Virus record (IMG/VR): IMGVR_UViG_2706794669_000003
Length of the DNA stretch: 25,336 nt
DNA from: a virus
Lineage: Duplodnaviria; Heunggongvirae; Uroviricota; Caudoviricetes
Direction: 5' to 3' (one strand)
Each line of letters begins with the position of its first letter. Positions within the stretch are counted from its first letter, which is position 1. Below are positions 11,735 through 20,839 of the stretch, one piece after another. The translations under genes were made by a program, and so were the position numbers. The notes under the pieces are model-generated. The model was given only the letters and a program-made list of their open reading frames with translations, had not been told where the DNA came from and did no database searches.

Positions 11735-14288
11735 ACCGGTAGGCGATCTGGTCGTTGATTTGAGTCTGGATGCGGCCAGATTTGACGAGCAGATGGCCAG
11801 AGTCAGGCGTCATTTTTCCGGTACGGAAAGTGATGCGAAAAAAACAGCGGCAGTCGTTGAACAGTCGCTGAGCCGACAGGCGCTGGCTGCACAGAAAGCG
11901 GGGATTTCCGTCGGGCAGTATAAAGCCGCCATGCGTATGCTGCCTGCACAGTTCACCGACGTGGCCATGCAGCTTGCAGGGGGGCAGAATCCCTGGCTGA
12001 TCCTGCTGCAACAGGGTGGTCAGGTTAAGGACTCCTTCGGCGGGATGATCCCCATGTTCAGGGGGCTTGCCGGCGCGATCACCCTGCCGATGGTGGGGGC
12101 CACCTCGCTGGCGGTGGCGACCGGTGCGCTGGCGTATGCCTGGTATCAGGGCAACTCAACCCTGTCCGATTTCAACAAAACGCTGGTCCTTTCCGGTAAT
12201 CAGGCGGGACTGACGGCAGATCGTATGCTGGTCCTGTCCAGAGCCGGGCAGGCGGCAGGGCTGACGTTTAACCAGACCAGCGAGTCACTCAGCGCACTGG
12301 TTAAGGCGGGGGTAAGCGGTGAGGCTCAGATTGCGTCCATCAGCCAGAGTGTGGCGCGTTTCTCCTATGCATCCGGCGTGGAGGTGGACAAGGTCGCTGA
12401 AGCCTTCGGGAAGCTGACCACAGACCCGACGTCGGGGCTGACGGCGATGGCACGCCAGTTCCATAACGTGACGGCGGAGCAGATTGCGTATGTTGCTCAG
12501 TTGCAGCGTTCCGGCGATGAAGCCGGGGCATTGCAGGCGGCGAACGAGGCCGCAACGAAAGGGTTTGATGACCAGACCCGCCGCCTGAAAGAGAACATGG
12601 GCACGCTGGAGACCTGGGCAGACAGGACTGCACGTGCATTCAAATCCATGTGGGATGCGGTGCTGGATATTGGTCGTCCTGATACCGCGCAGGAGATGCT
12701 GATTAAGGCAGAGGCTGCGTTTAAGAAAGCAGACGACATCTGGAATCTGCGCAAGGATGATTATTTCGTTAACGATGAAGCACGGGCGCGTTACTGGGAT
12801 GATCGTGAAAAAAAACGCCTGGAGCGGGATGCAGCCCAAAAGAGGGTAGATCAACAGCGTCAACAGGACAAAAATGCGCAGCAGCAGAGCGATACCGAAG
12901 CGTCACGGCTGAAATATACCGAAGAGGCGCAGAAGGCTTACGAACGGCTGCAGACGCCGCTGGAGAAATATACCGCCCGTCAGGAAGAACTGAACAAGGC
13001 ACTGAAAGACGGAAAAATCCTGCAGGCAGATTACAACACGCTGATGGCGGCGGCGAAAAAGGATTATGAAGCGACGCTGAAAAAGCCGAAACAGTCCGGC
13101 GTGAAGGTGTATGCGGGCGATCGTCAGGAAGACAGTGCTCATGCGGCCCTGCTGACGCTTCAGGCAGAACTCCGGACGCTGGAGAAGCATGCCGGAGCGA
13201 ATGAGAAAATCAGCCAGCAGCGCCGGGATTTGTGGAAGGCAGAAAGTCAGTTCGCGGTACTGGAGGAGGCGGCACAACGTCGCCAGCTGTCCGCACAGGA
13301 GAAATCCCTGCTGGCGCATAAAGACGAGACGCTGGAGTACAAACGCCAGCTGGCTGCACTTGGTGACAAGGTTACGTATCAGGAGCACCTGAATGCGCTG
13401 GCGCAGCAGGCGGATAAATTCGCACAGCAGCAACGGGCAAAACGGGCAGCCATTGATGCGAAAAACCGGGGGCTGACTGACCGGCAGGCAGCGCGGGAAG
13501 CCACGGAACAGCGCCTGAAGGAACAGTATGGCGATAATCCTCTGGCGCTGAATAACGTCATGTCAGAGCAGAAAAAGACCTGGGCGGCTGAAGACCAGCT
13601 TCGCGGGAGCTGGATGGCAGGCCTGAAGTCCGGCTGGAGTGAGTGGGAAGAGAGCGCCACGGACAGTATGTCACAGGTTAAAAGTGCAGCCACGCAGACC
13701 TTTGATGGTATTGCACAGAATATGGCGGCGATGCTGACCGGCAGTGAACAGAACTGGCGCAGCTTCACCCGCTCCGTGCTGTCCATGATGACAGAAATTC
13801 TGCTTAAGCAGGCAATGGTGGGGATTGTCGGGAGTATCGGCAGCGCCATTGGCGGGGCTGTTGGTGGCGGCGCATCCGCGTCAGGTGGTACAGCCATTCA
13901 GGCCGCTGCGGTGAAATTCCATTTTGCAACCGGGGGATTTACGGGAACCGGCGGCAAATATGAGCCAGCGGGGATTGTTCACCGTGGTGAATTTGTCTTC
14001 ACGAAGGAGGCAACCAGCCGGATTGGCGTGGGGAATCTCTACCGGCTGATGCGCGGCTATGCGGAAGGTGGTTATGTGGGCGGTGCCGGAAGTCCGGCGC
14101 AGATGCGGCGGGCTGAAGGCATTAATTTTAATCAGAACAATCACGTGGTGATTCAGAACGACGGTACGAATGGTCTGCCAGGTCCACAGATGATGAAGGC
14201 CGTGTATGACATGGCCCGCAAGGGTGCCCGTGATGAAATTCAGACACAGATGCGTGATGGTGGCCTGTTCTCCGGAGGTGGACGATGA
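11727..14288 (+). CDS. H: tail tape measure protein
   Basis: 853 aa, the lambda gpH length. Long Ala/Gln/Lys-rich predicted coiled coil and a Gly-rich C-terminal segment. Overlaps the T stop and the M start. Confidence 0.96.
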   Translation: MAEPVGDLVVDLSLDAARFDEQMARVRRHFSGTESDAKKTAAVVEQSLSRQALAAQKAGISVGQYKAAMRMLPAQFTDVAMQLAGGQNPWLILLQQGGQVKDSFGGMIPMFRGLAGAITLPMVGATSLAVATGALAYAWYQGNSTLSDFNKTLVLSGNQAGLTADRMLVLSRAGQAAGLTFNQTSESLSALVKAGVSGEAQIASISQSVARFSYASGVEVDKVAEAFGKLTTDPTSGLTAMARQFHNVTAEQIAYVAQLQRSGDEAGALQAANEAATKGFDDQTRRLKENMGTLETWADRTARAFKSMWDAVLDIGRPDTAQEMLIKAEAAFKKADDIWNLRKDDYFVNDEARARYWDDREKKRLERDAAQKRVDQQRQQDKNAQQQSDTEASRLKYTEEAQKAYERLQTPLEKYTARQEELNKALKDGKILQADYNTLMAAAKKDYEATLKKPKQSGVKVYAGDRQEDSAHAALLTLQAELRTLEKHAGANEKISQQRRDLWKAESQFAVLEEAAQRRQLSAQEKSLLAHKDETLEYKRQLAALGDKVTYQEHLNALAQQADKFAQQQRAKRAAIDAKNRGLTDRQAAREATEQRLKEQYGDNPLALNNVMSEQKKTWAAEDQLRGSWMAGLKSGWSEWEESATDSMSQVKSAATQTFDGIAQNMAAMLTGSEQNWRSFTRSVLSMMTEILLKQAMVGIVGSIGSAIGGAVGGGASASGGTAIQAAAVKFHFATGGFTGTGGKYEPAGIVHRGEFVFTKEATSRIGVGNLYRLMRGYAEGGYVGGAGSPAQMRRAEGINFNQNNHVVIQNDGTNGLPGPQMMKAVYDMARKGARDEIQTQMRDGGLFSGGGR

Positions 14289-14614
14289 AAACCTTCCGCT
14301 GGAAAGTGAAACCCGGTATGGATGTGGCTTCGGCCCCTTCTGTAAGAAAGGTGCGCTTTGGTGATGGCTATTCCCAGCGAGCGCCTGCCGGGCTGAATGC
14401 CAACCTGAAAACGTACAGCGTGACGCTTTCTGTCCCCCGTGAGGAGGCCATGGTACTGGAGTCGTTTCTGGAAGAGCACGGGGGCTGGAAAGCCTTTCTG
14501 TGGACGCCGCCTTATGAGTGGCGGCAGATAAAGGTGACCTGCGCAAAATGGTCGTCGCGGGTCAGTATGCTGCGTGTTGAGTTCAGCGCAGAGTTTGAAC
14601 AGGTGGTGAACTGA
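14285..14614 (+). CDS. M: minor tail protein M
   Basis: 109 aa, lambda gpM position. ATGA overlap with H. Confidence 0.95.
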   Translation: MKTFRWKVKPGMDVASAPSVRKVRFGDGYSQRAPAGLNANLKTYSVTLSVPREEAMVLESFLEEHGGWKAFLWTPPYEWRQIKVTCAKWSSRVSMLRVEFSAEFEQVVN

Positions 14615-15312
14615 TGCAGGATATCCGGCAGGAAACACTGAATGAATGCACCCGTGCGGAGCAGTCGGCCAGCGTGGTGCTCTGGGAAATCGATCTGACA
14701 GAGGTCGGTGGAGAACGTTATTTTTTCTGTAATGAGCAGAACGAAAAAGGTGAGCCGGTCACCTGGCAGGGGCGACAGTATCAGCCGTATCCCATTCAGG
14801 GGAGTGGTTTTGAACTGAATGGCAAAGGCACCAGTACGCGCCCCACGCTGATGGTTTCTAACCTGTACGGTATGGTCACCGGGATGGCGGAAGATCTACA
14901 GAGTCTGGTCGGCGGAACGGTGGTCCGGCGTAAGGTTTACGCCCGTTTTCTGGATGCGGTGAACTTCGTCAACGGAAACAGTGACGCCGATCCGGAGCAG
15001 GAGGTGATCAGCCGCTGGCGCATTGAGCAGTGCAGCGAACTGAGCGCGGTGAGTGCCTCTTTTGTACTGTCCACGCCGACGGAAACAGATGGCGCTGTTT
15101 TTCCGGGACGTATCATGCTGGCCAACACCTGCACCTGGACCTATCGCGGCGATGAGTGCGGTTATCACGGTCCGGCGGTCGCGGATGAATATGACCAGCC
15201 AACGTCCGACATCACGAAGGATAAATGCAGCAAATGCCTGAGTGGCTGTAAGTTTCGCAATAACGTCGGCAACTTTGGCGGCTTCCTTTCCATTAACAAA
15301 CTTTCGCAGTAA
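14614..15312 (+). CDS. L: minor tail protein L (tail tip)
   Basis: 232 aa, lambda gpL length. Cys cluster near the C-terminus (CTWTYRGDECGYHG...CSKCLSGC). Confidence 0.95.
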   Translation: MQDIRQETLNECTRAEQSASVVLWEIDLTEVGGERYFFCNEQNEKGEPVTWQGRQYQPYPIQGSGFELNGKGTSTRPTLMVSNLYGMVTGMAEDLQSLVGGTVVRRKVYARFLDAVNFVNGNSDADPEQEVISRWRIEQCSELSAVSASFVLSTPTETDGAVFPGRIMLANTCTWTYRGDECGYHGPAVADEYDQPTSDITKDKCSKCLSGCKFRNNVGNFGGFLSINKLSQ

Positions 15313-15317
15313 ATCCC

Positions 15318-16061
15318 ATGACAGAGACAGAATCAGCGATTCTGGCGCACGCCCGGCGATGTGCTCCAGCGGAGTCGTGCGGCTTCGTGGTAAGAACGCC
15401 GGAGGGGGAAAGATATTTCCCCTGCGTGAATATCTCCGGTGAGCCGGAGGCGTATTTCCGTATGTCGCCGGAAGACTGGCTGCAGGCAGAGATGCAGGGT
15501 GAGATTGTGGCACTGGTCCACAGCCACCCCGGTGGTCTGCCCTGGCTGAGTGAGGCCGACCGGCGGCTGCAGGTGCAGAGTGATTTGCCGTGGTGGCTGG
15601 TCTGCCGGGGGGCGATTCACAAGTTCCGCTGTGTGCCACATCTTACCGGGCGGCGCTTTGAGCACGGGGTGACGGACTGTTACACGCTGTTCCGGGATGC
15701 TTACCATCTGGCGGGGATTGAGATGCCGGATTTTCATCGTGAGGATGACTGGTGGCGTCACGGTCAGAATCTCTATCTGGATAATCTGGAGGCCACAGGG
15801 CTGTATCAGGTGCCGTTGTCAGCGGCGCAGCCGGGCGATGTGCTGCTGTGCTGTTTTGGTTCATCGGTGCCGAATCATGCCGCCATTTACTGTGGTGACG
15901 GCGAGCTGCTGCACCATATTCCTGAACAACTGAGCAAACGAGAGAGGTATACCGACAAATGGCAGCGACGCACACACTCCCTCTGGCGTCACCGGGCATG
16001 GCACGCATCTGCCTTTACGGGGATTTGCAACGATTTGGCCGCCGCATCGACCTTCGTGTGA
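15318..16061 (+). CDS. K: tail tip assembly protein K (MPN/JAMM-like N-terminal region plus NlpC/P60-like C-terminal region)
   Basis: 247-aa ORF starting 6 nt after the L stop. HSHPGG motif and a Cys/His pair (DCYTLF...HAAIY). The 199-aa start used in the lambda annotation corresponds to the internal ATG at 15462. Confidence 0.9.
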   Translation: MTETESAILAHARRCAPAESCGFVVRTPEGERYFPCVNISGEPEAYFRMSPEDWLQAEMQGEIVALVHSHPGGLPWLSEADRRLQVQSDLPWWLVCRGAIHKFRCVPHLTGRRFEHGVTDCYTLFRDAYHLAGIEMPDFHREDDWWRHGQNLYLDNLEATGLYQVPLSAAQPGDVLLCCFGSSVPNHAAIYCGDGELLHHIPEQLSKRERYTDKWQRRTHSLWRHRAWHASAFTGICNDLAAASTFV

Positions 16062-16630
16062 AAACGGGTGCCGAAGCCATCCGGGCGATGGCCACACAGC
16101 TCCCTGCGTTTCGTCAGAAGCTGAGCGACGGCTGGTATCAGGTGCGTATTGCCGGGCAGGATGTTAGCACGTCCGGATTAACGGCACAGTTACATGAGGC
16201 TCTGCCTGACGGCGCTGTGATTCATATTGTTCCCAGAGTCGCCGGGGCCAAGTCAGGTGGTGTATTCCAGATTGTCCTGGGAGCAGCCGCCATTGCCGGA
16301 TCATTCTTTACCGCCGGAGCCACCCTTGCAGCATGGGGGGCTGCCATTGGTGCCGGTGGTATGACCGGCATTCTGTTTTCTCTCGGTGCCAGTATGGTGC
16401 TCGGCGGTGTGGCTCAGATGCTGGCACCGAAAGCCAGAACTCCCCGCACACAGACAACGGATAACGGTAAGCAGAACACCTATTTCTCCTCACTGGATAA
16501 CATGGTTGCCCAGGGCAATGTTATGCCTGTTCTGTATGGTGAAATGCGCGTGGGGTCACGTGTGGTATCTCAGGAGATCAGCACGGCAGACGAAGGGGAC
16601 GGTGGTCAGGTTGTGGTGATTGGTCGCTGA
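15959..16630 (+). CDS. I: tail tip assembly protein I
   Basis: 223 aa, overlapping the K 3' end by about 100 nt as in lambda. Gly/Ala-rich hydrophobic central segment. Confidence 0.93.
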   Translation: MAATHTLPLASPGMARICLYGDLQRFGRRIDLRVKTGAEAIRAMATQLPAFRQKLSDGWYQVRIAGQDVSTSGLTAQLHEALPDGAVIHIVPRVAGAKSGGVFQIVLGAAAIAGSFFTAGATLAAWGAAIGAGGMTGILFSLGASMVLGGVAQMLAPKARTPRTQTTDNGKQNTYFSSLDNMVAQGNVMPVLYGEMRVGSRVVSQEISTADEGDGGQVVVIGR

Positions 16631-16690
16631 TGCAAAATGTTTTATGTGAAATCGCCTCCGGGCGGTTTTATCGTTTATGGAGCATGACGA

Positions 16691-19600
16691 ATGGGTAAAG
16701 GCAGCAGTAAGGGGCATACCCCGCGCGAAGCGAAGGACAACCTGAAGTCCACGCAGCTGCTGAGTGTGATCGATGCCATCAGCGAAGGGCCGGTTGAAGG
16801 TCCGGTGGATGGATTAAAAAGCGTGCTGCTGAACAGTACGCCGGTGCTGGACAGTGAGGGGAATACCAACATCTCCGGCGTCACGGTGGTGTTCCGGGCA
16901 GGTGAGCAGGAGCAGTCACCGCCGGAGGGATTTGAATCCTCCGGCTCCGAGACGGTGCTGGGTACGGAAGTGAAATATGACACGCCGATCACCCGGACCA
17001 TCACGTCGGCAAACATTGACCGACTGCGTTTTACCTTCGGTGTACAGGCACTGGTGGAAACCACCTCAAAGGGAGACAGGAATCCGTCTGAAGTTCGCCT
17101 GCTGGTTCAGATACAGCGTAACGGTGGCTGGGTGACGGAAAAAGACATCACCATTAAGGGCAAAACCACCTCGCAGTATCTGGCCTCGGTGGTGGTGGAT
17201 AACCTGCCGCCGCGCCCGTTTAATATCCGGATGCGCAGAATGACGCCGGACAGCACCACAGACCAGCTGCAGAACAAAACGCTCTGGTCGTCATACACCG
17301 AAATCATCGATGTGAAACAGTGCTACCCGAACACGGCACTGGTCGGCGTACAGGTGGATTCGGAGCAGTTCGGCAGCCAGCAGGTGAGCCGTAATTATCA
17401 TCTTCGCGGGCGCATTCTGCAGGTGCCGTCGAACTATAATCCGCAGACGCGGCAATACAGCGGTATCTGGGACGGAACGTTAAAACCGGCATACAGCAAC
17501 AACATGGCCTGGTGTCTGTGGGATATGCTGACCCATCCGCGCTATGGCATGGGGAAACGTCTTGGTGCGGCAGATGTGGATAAATGGGCGCTGTATGTCA
17601 TCGGCCAGTACTGTGACCAGTCGGTGCCGGACGGCTTTGGCAGCACGGAGCCGCGCATCACCTGTAATGCCTGGCTGACCACACAGCGCAAGGCGTGGGA
17701 TGTGCTCAGTGATTTCTGCTCGGCGATGCGCTGTATGCCGGTATGGAACGGGCAGACGCTGACGTTCGTGCAGGACCGACAGTCGGATAAGGTGTGGGCC
17801 TATAACCGCAGTAATGTGGTGATGCCGGATGATGGCGCGCCGTTCCGCTACAGTTTCAGCGCCCTGAAAGACCGCCATAATGCCGTTGAGGTGAACTGGA
17901 TTGACCCGGATAACGGCTGGGAGACGGCGACAGAGCTTGTGGAGGATACGCAGGCCATTGTCCGTTACGGTCGTAACGTCACGAAGATGGATGCCTTTGG
18001 CTGTACCAGCCGGGGGCAGGCACACCGCGCCGGGCTGTGGCTGATTAAAACGGAACTGCTGGAGACGCAGACCGTGGATTTCAGCGTGGGTGCTGAAGGG
18101 CTTCGTCATGTACCGGGCGATGTCATTGAAATCTGCGATGATGACTATGCCGGTATCCGCACCGGCGGGCGCGTGCTGGCGGTGAACAGCCAGACCCGGA
18201 CGCTGACGCTCGACCGTGAAATCACGCTGCCATCCTCCGGCACCACGCTGATAAGCCTGGTTGACGGGCAGGGGAATCCGGTCAGCGTGGAGGTCCAGTC
18301 CGTCACCGACGGCGTGAAGGTAAAAGTGAGCCGTGTTCCTGACGGTGTTGCTGAATACAGCGTGTGGGGGCTGAAGCTGCCGACGCTGCACCAGCGATTG
18401 TTCCGCTGCGTGAGTATCCGTGAGAACGACGACGGCACGTATGCCATCACCGCCGTGCAGCATGTGCCGGAAAAAGAAGCCATCGTGGATAACGGGGCGC
18501 ACTTTGACGGCGACCAGAGCGGCACGGTGAATGGTGTCACGCCGCCAGCGGTGCAGCACCTGACTGCCGAAGTCACCGCAGACAGCGGGGAATATCAGGT
18601 GCTGGCGCGCTGGGACACGCCGAAGGTGGTGAAGGGCGTGAGCTTCCTGCTCCGTCTGACCGTAACAGCGGATGACGGCAGTGAGCGGCTGGTCAGCACG
18701 GCCCGGACGACGGAAACCACTTACCGCTTCACACAACTGGCGCTGGGGAACTACAGGCTGACAGTCCGGGCAGTAAATGCGTGGGGGCAGCAGGGCGATC
18801 CGGCGTCGGTATCGTTCCGGATTGCCGCACCGGCAGCGCTGTCGCGGATTGAGCTGACGCCGGGCTATTTTCAGATAACCGCCACGCCGCATCTTGCGGT
18901 TTATGATCCGACGGTACAGTTTGAGTTCTGGTTCTCGGAAAAGCGGATTGCGGATATCAGGCAGGTTGAAACCACAGCACGCTATCTTGGCACGGCGCTG
19001 TACTGGATAGCCGCCAGTATCAATATCAAACCGGGCCATGATTATTACTTTTATATCCGCAGTGTGAACACCGTTGGCAAATCGGCATTCGTGGAGGCTG
19101 TTGGTCAGCCGAGTGATGATGCATCCGGTTATCTGGATTTTTTCAAAGGCGAGATAGGGAAAACCCATCTGGCTCAGGAGCTGTGGACGCAGATTGATAA
19201 CGGTCAGCTTGCGCCTGACCTGGCTGAAATCAGGACGTCCATTACGGATGTCAGCAATGAAATCACGCAGACCGTCAATAAGAAACTGGAAGACCAGAGT
19301 GCGGCAATTCAGCAGATACAGAAGGTTCAGGTTGATACAAATAATAACCTGAACAGCATGTGGGCTGTGAAGCTGCAGCAGATGCAGGACGGACGCCTTT
19401 ATATCGCGGGTATTGGTGCCGGTATTGAGAACACCCCTGACGGCATGCAGAGTCAGGTGCTGCTGGCGGCGGACAGGATTGCGATGGTTAATCCTGCGAA
19501 TGGCAACACAAAACCGATGTTTGTTGGTCAGGGCGATCAGATATTCATGAACGACGTGTTCCTGAAACGCCTGACGGCCCCCACCATTACCAGCGGTGGA

Positions 19601-20188
19601 AATCCATCGGCATTTTCCCTGACTCCGGACGGAAAGCTGACCGCTAAAAATGCGGATATCAGTGGCAGTGTGAATGCGAACGCCGGGACGCTCAACAATG
19701 TCACGGTAAATGAAAACTGTACGATTAAGGGCATGCTGGAGGCGACTCAGGTCAGAGGTGACTTCGTTAAAGCTGTATCCAAATCATTTCCGAAACAGGC
19801 TGGTACGTGGGGTAACACGGAAACACCAAACGGGACGGTTACAGTCACCATAAGCGATGATCATAACTTTGACCGCCAGATTATTATTCCGCCCATTATT
19901 TTTAACGGTATAGCGTATGACGATCCGGGGAGCGGAAATAACCCAGGAGGCACGCGATACACGGGTTATGGTTTTGAAGTTCGCAAAAACGGCGTATTAA
20001 TCGCATCCAGAGAAACTAAAGGTGCCATTCCCGGTAGTTACAGTGCAGTTATTGATATGCCTAGTGGTGGTGGTAGCGTCACTCTGGAGTTTAAGATTTT
20101 CCAGAAAGGCAATCAGGGGGCAGGCAATATCACCGACTGTACGGTGATTGTGACCAAAAAAGCGGCTTCCGGCATCAGTATTCGTTGA
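16691..20188 (+). CDS. J: tail tip fibre / host specificity protein J
   Basis: 1165-aa ORF in the lambda gpJ position. Fibronectin-III-like repeats in the middle. From memory lambda J is 1132 aa, so this copy is 33 codons longer. Confidence 0.95.
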   Translation: MGKGSSKGHTPREAKDNLKSTQLLSVIDAISEGPVEGPVDGLKSVLLNSTPVLDSEGNTNISGVTVVFRAGEQEQSPPEGFESSGSETVLGTEVKYDTPITRTITSANIDRLRFTFGVQALVETTSKGDRNPSEVRLLVQIQRNGGWVTEKDITIKGKTTSQYLASVVVDNLPPRPFNIRMRRMTPDSTTDQLQNKTLWSSYTEIIDVKQCYPNTALVGVQVDSEQFGSQQVSRNYHLRGRILQVPSNYNPQTRQYSGIWDGTLKPAYSNNMAWCLWDMLTHPRYGMGKRLGAADVDKWALYVIGQYCDQSVPDGFGSTEPRITCNAWLTTQRKAWDVLSDFCSAMRCMPVWNGQTLTFVQDRQSDKVWAYNRSNVVMPDDGAPFRYSFSALKDRHNAVEVNWIDPDNGWETATELVEDTQAIVRYGRNVTKMDAFGCTSRGQAHRAGLWLIKTELLETQTVDFSVGAEGLRHVPGDVIEICDDDYAGIRTGGRVLAVNSQTRTLTLDREITLPSSGTTLISLVDGQGNPVSVEVQSVTDGVKVKVSRVPDGVAEYSVWGLKLPTLHQRLFRCVSIRENDDGTYAITAVQHVPEKEAIVDNGAHFDGDQSGTVNGVTPPAVQHLTAEVTADSGEYQVLARWDTPKVVKGVSFLLRLTVTADDGSERLVSTARTTETTYRFTQLALGNYRLTVRAVNAWGQQGDPASVSFRIAAPAALSRIELTPGYFQITATPHLAVYDPTVQFEFWFSEKRIADIRQVETTARYLGTALYWIAASINIKPGHDYYFYIRSVNTVGKSAFVEAVGQPSDDASGYLDFFKGEIGKTHLAQELWTQIDNGQLAPDLAEIRTSITDVSNEITQTVNKKLEDQSAAIQQIQKVQVDTNNNLNSMWAVKLQQMQDGRLYIAGIGAGIENTPDGMQSQVLLAADRIAMVNPANGNTKPMFVGQGDQIFMNDVFLKRLTAPTITSGGNPSAFSLTPDGKLTAKNADISGSVNANAGTLNNVTVNENCTIKGMLEATQVRGDFVKAVSKSFPKQAGTWGNTETPNGTVTVTISDDHNFDRQIIIPPIIFNGIAYDDPGSGNNPGGTRYTGYGFEVRKNGVLIASRETKGAIPGSYSAVIDMPSGGGSVTLEFKIFQKGNQGAGNITDCTVIVTKKAASGISIR

Positions 20189-20210
20189 AATATTTATAAC
20201 CCCAATAAAT

Positions 20211-20237
20211 GGCGTCAGGAATGACGCCTTTTTTATT
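20211..20237 (+). terminator. rho-independent terminator after J
   Basis: GGCGTCA-ggaa-TGACGCC hairpin at 20211-20228, followed by ttttttatt. Confidence 0.75.
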
Positions 20238-20258
20238 GCAGAAAAGCGAGAGGTAATT

Positions 20259-20775
20259 ATGCGTAAAGTTTGTGCAGCCATTTTGTCCGCAGCCATTTGC
20301 CTGGCCGTATCCGGTGCGCCTGCATGGGCGTCTGAACATCAGTCCACGCTGAGCGCGGGGTATCTTCATGCCCGGACCAACGTTCCCGGCAGTGATGATC
20401 TGAACGGGATTAACGTGAAATACCGTTATGAGTTTACGGATACGCTGGGGCTGGTGACGTCATTCAGCTATGCAGGAGACAAGAATCGCCAGCTGACCCG
20501 TTACAGCGATACCCGCTGGCATGAAGATTCCGTGCGTAACCGCTGGTTCAGCGTGATGGCGGGGCCGTCTGTGCGCGTGAATGAATGGTTCAGCGCGTAT
20601 GCGATGGCGGGTGTGGCTTACAGCCGTGTGTCGACTTTTTCCGGGGATTATATCCGCGTAACTGACAATAAGGGGAAAACGCACGATGTGCTGACCGGAA
20701 GTGATGACGGTCGCCACAGCAACACGTCTCTGGCGCACTGACGGTTTCATCGTGGGTGTCGGTTATAAATTCTGA
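20259..20775 (+). pseudogene. lom: lom (Ail/OmpX-family outer membrane protein) disrupted by a frameshifting internal deletion
   Basis: In-frame ORF 20259..20741 gives 160 aa with a signal peptide (MRKVCAAILSAAICLAVSGAPAWA) and ends ...NTSLAH*. The +1 frame overlapping the stop encodes ...LWRTDGFIVGVGYKF* (to 20775), the canonical C-terminal beta-strand with terminal Phe of this family. Confidence 0.8.
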
Positions 20776-20801
20776 TTAGCCAGGTAACACAGTGTTATGA
20801 C

Positions 20802-20828
20802 AGCCCGCCGGTTCAGGCGGGCTTTTTT
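20802..20828 (+). terminator. rho-independent terminator after lom
   Basis: AGCCCGCC-ggttca-GGCGGGCT hairpin at 20802-20823, followed by tttttt. Confidence 0.75.
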
Positions 20829-20839
20829 GTGGGGTGAAT

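Noticed and set aside
12285-14638. Several minus-strand ORFs of 170-220 aa (12285..12863, 12903..13433, 13379..13897, 13881..14546, 14240..14638).
   Set aside because: Antisense to the tape measure H and M genes, with no start context and low-complexity translations. H is repetitive and GC-rich, which produces such shadow ORFs.
14896-15761. Minus-strand ORFs 14896..15639 (247 aa) and 15333..15761 (142 aa).
   Set aside because: Antisense to L and K. Pro/Arg/Ala-rich translations with no independent support.
17480-19168. 562-aa minus-strand ORF, plus a smaller one at 18145..18576.
   Set aside because: Entirely antisense to the well-supported J gene. Open antisense frames are expected in GC-rich, codon-biased coding sequence, and the translation is Arg/Pro/His-rich junk.
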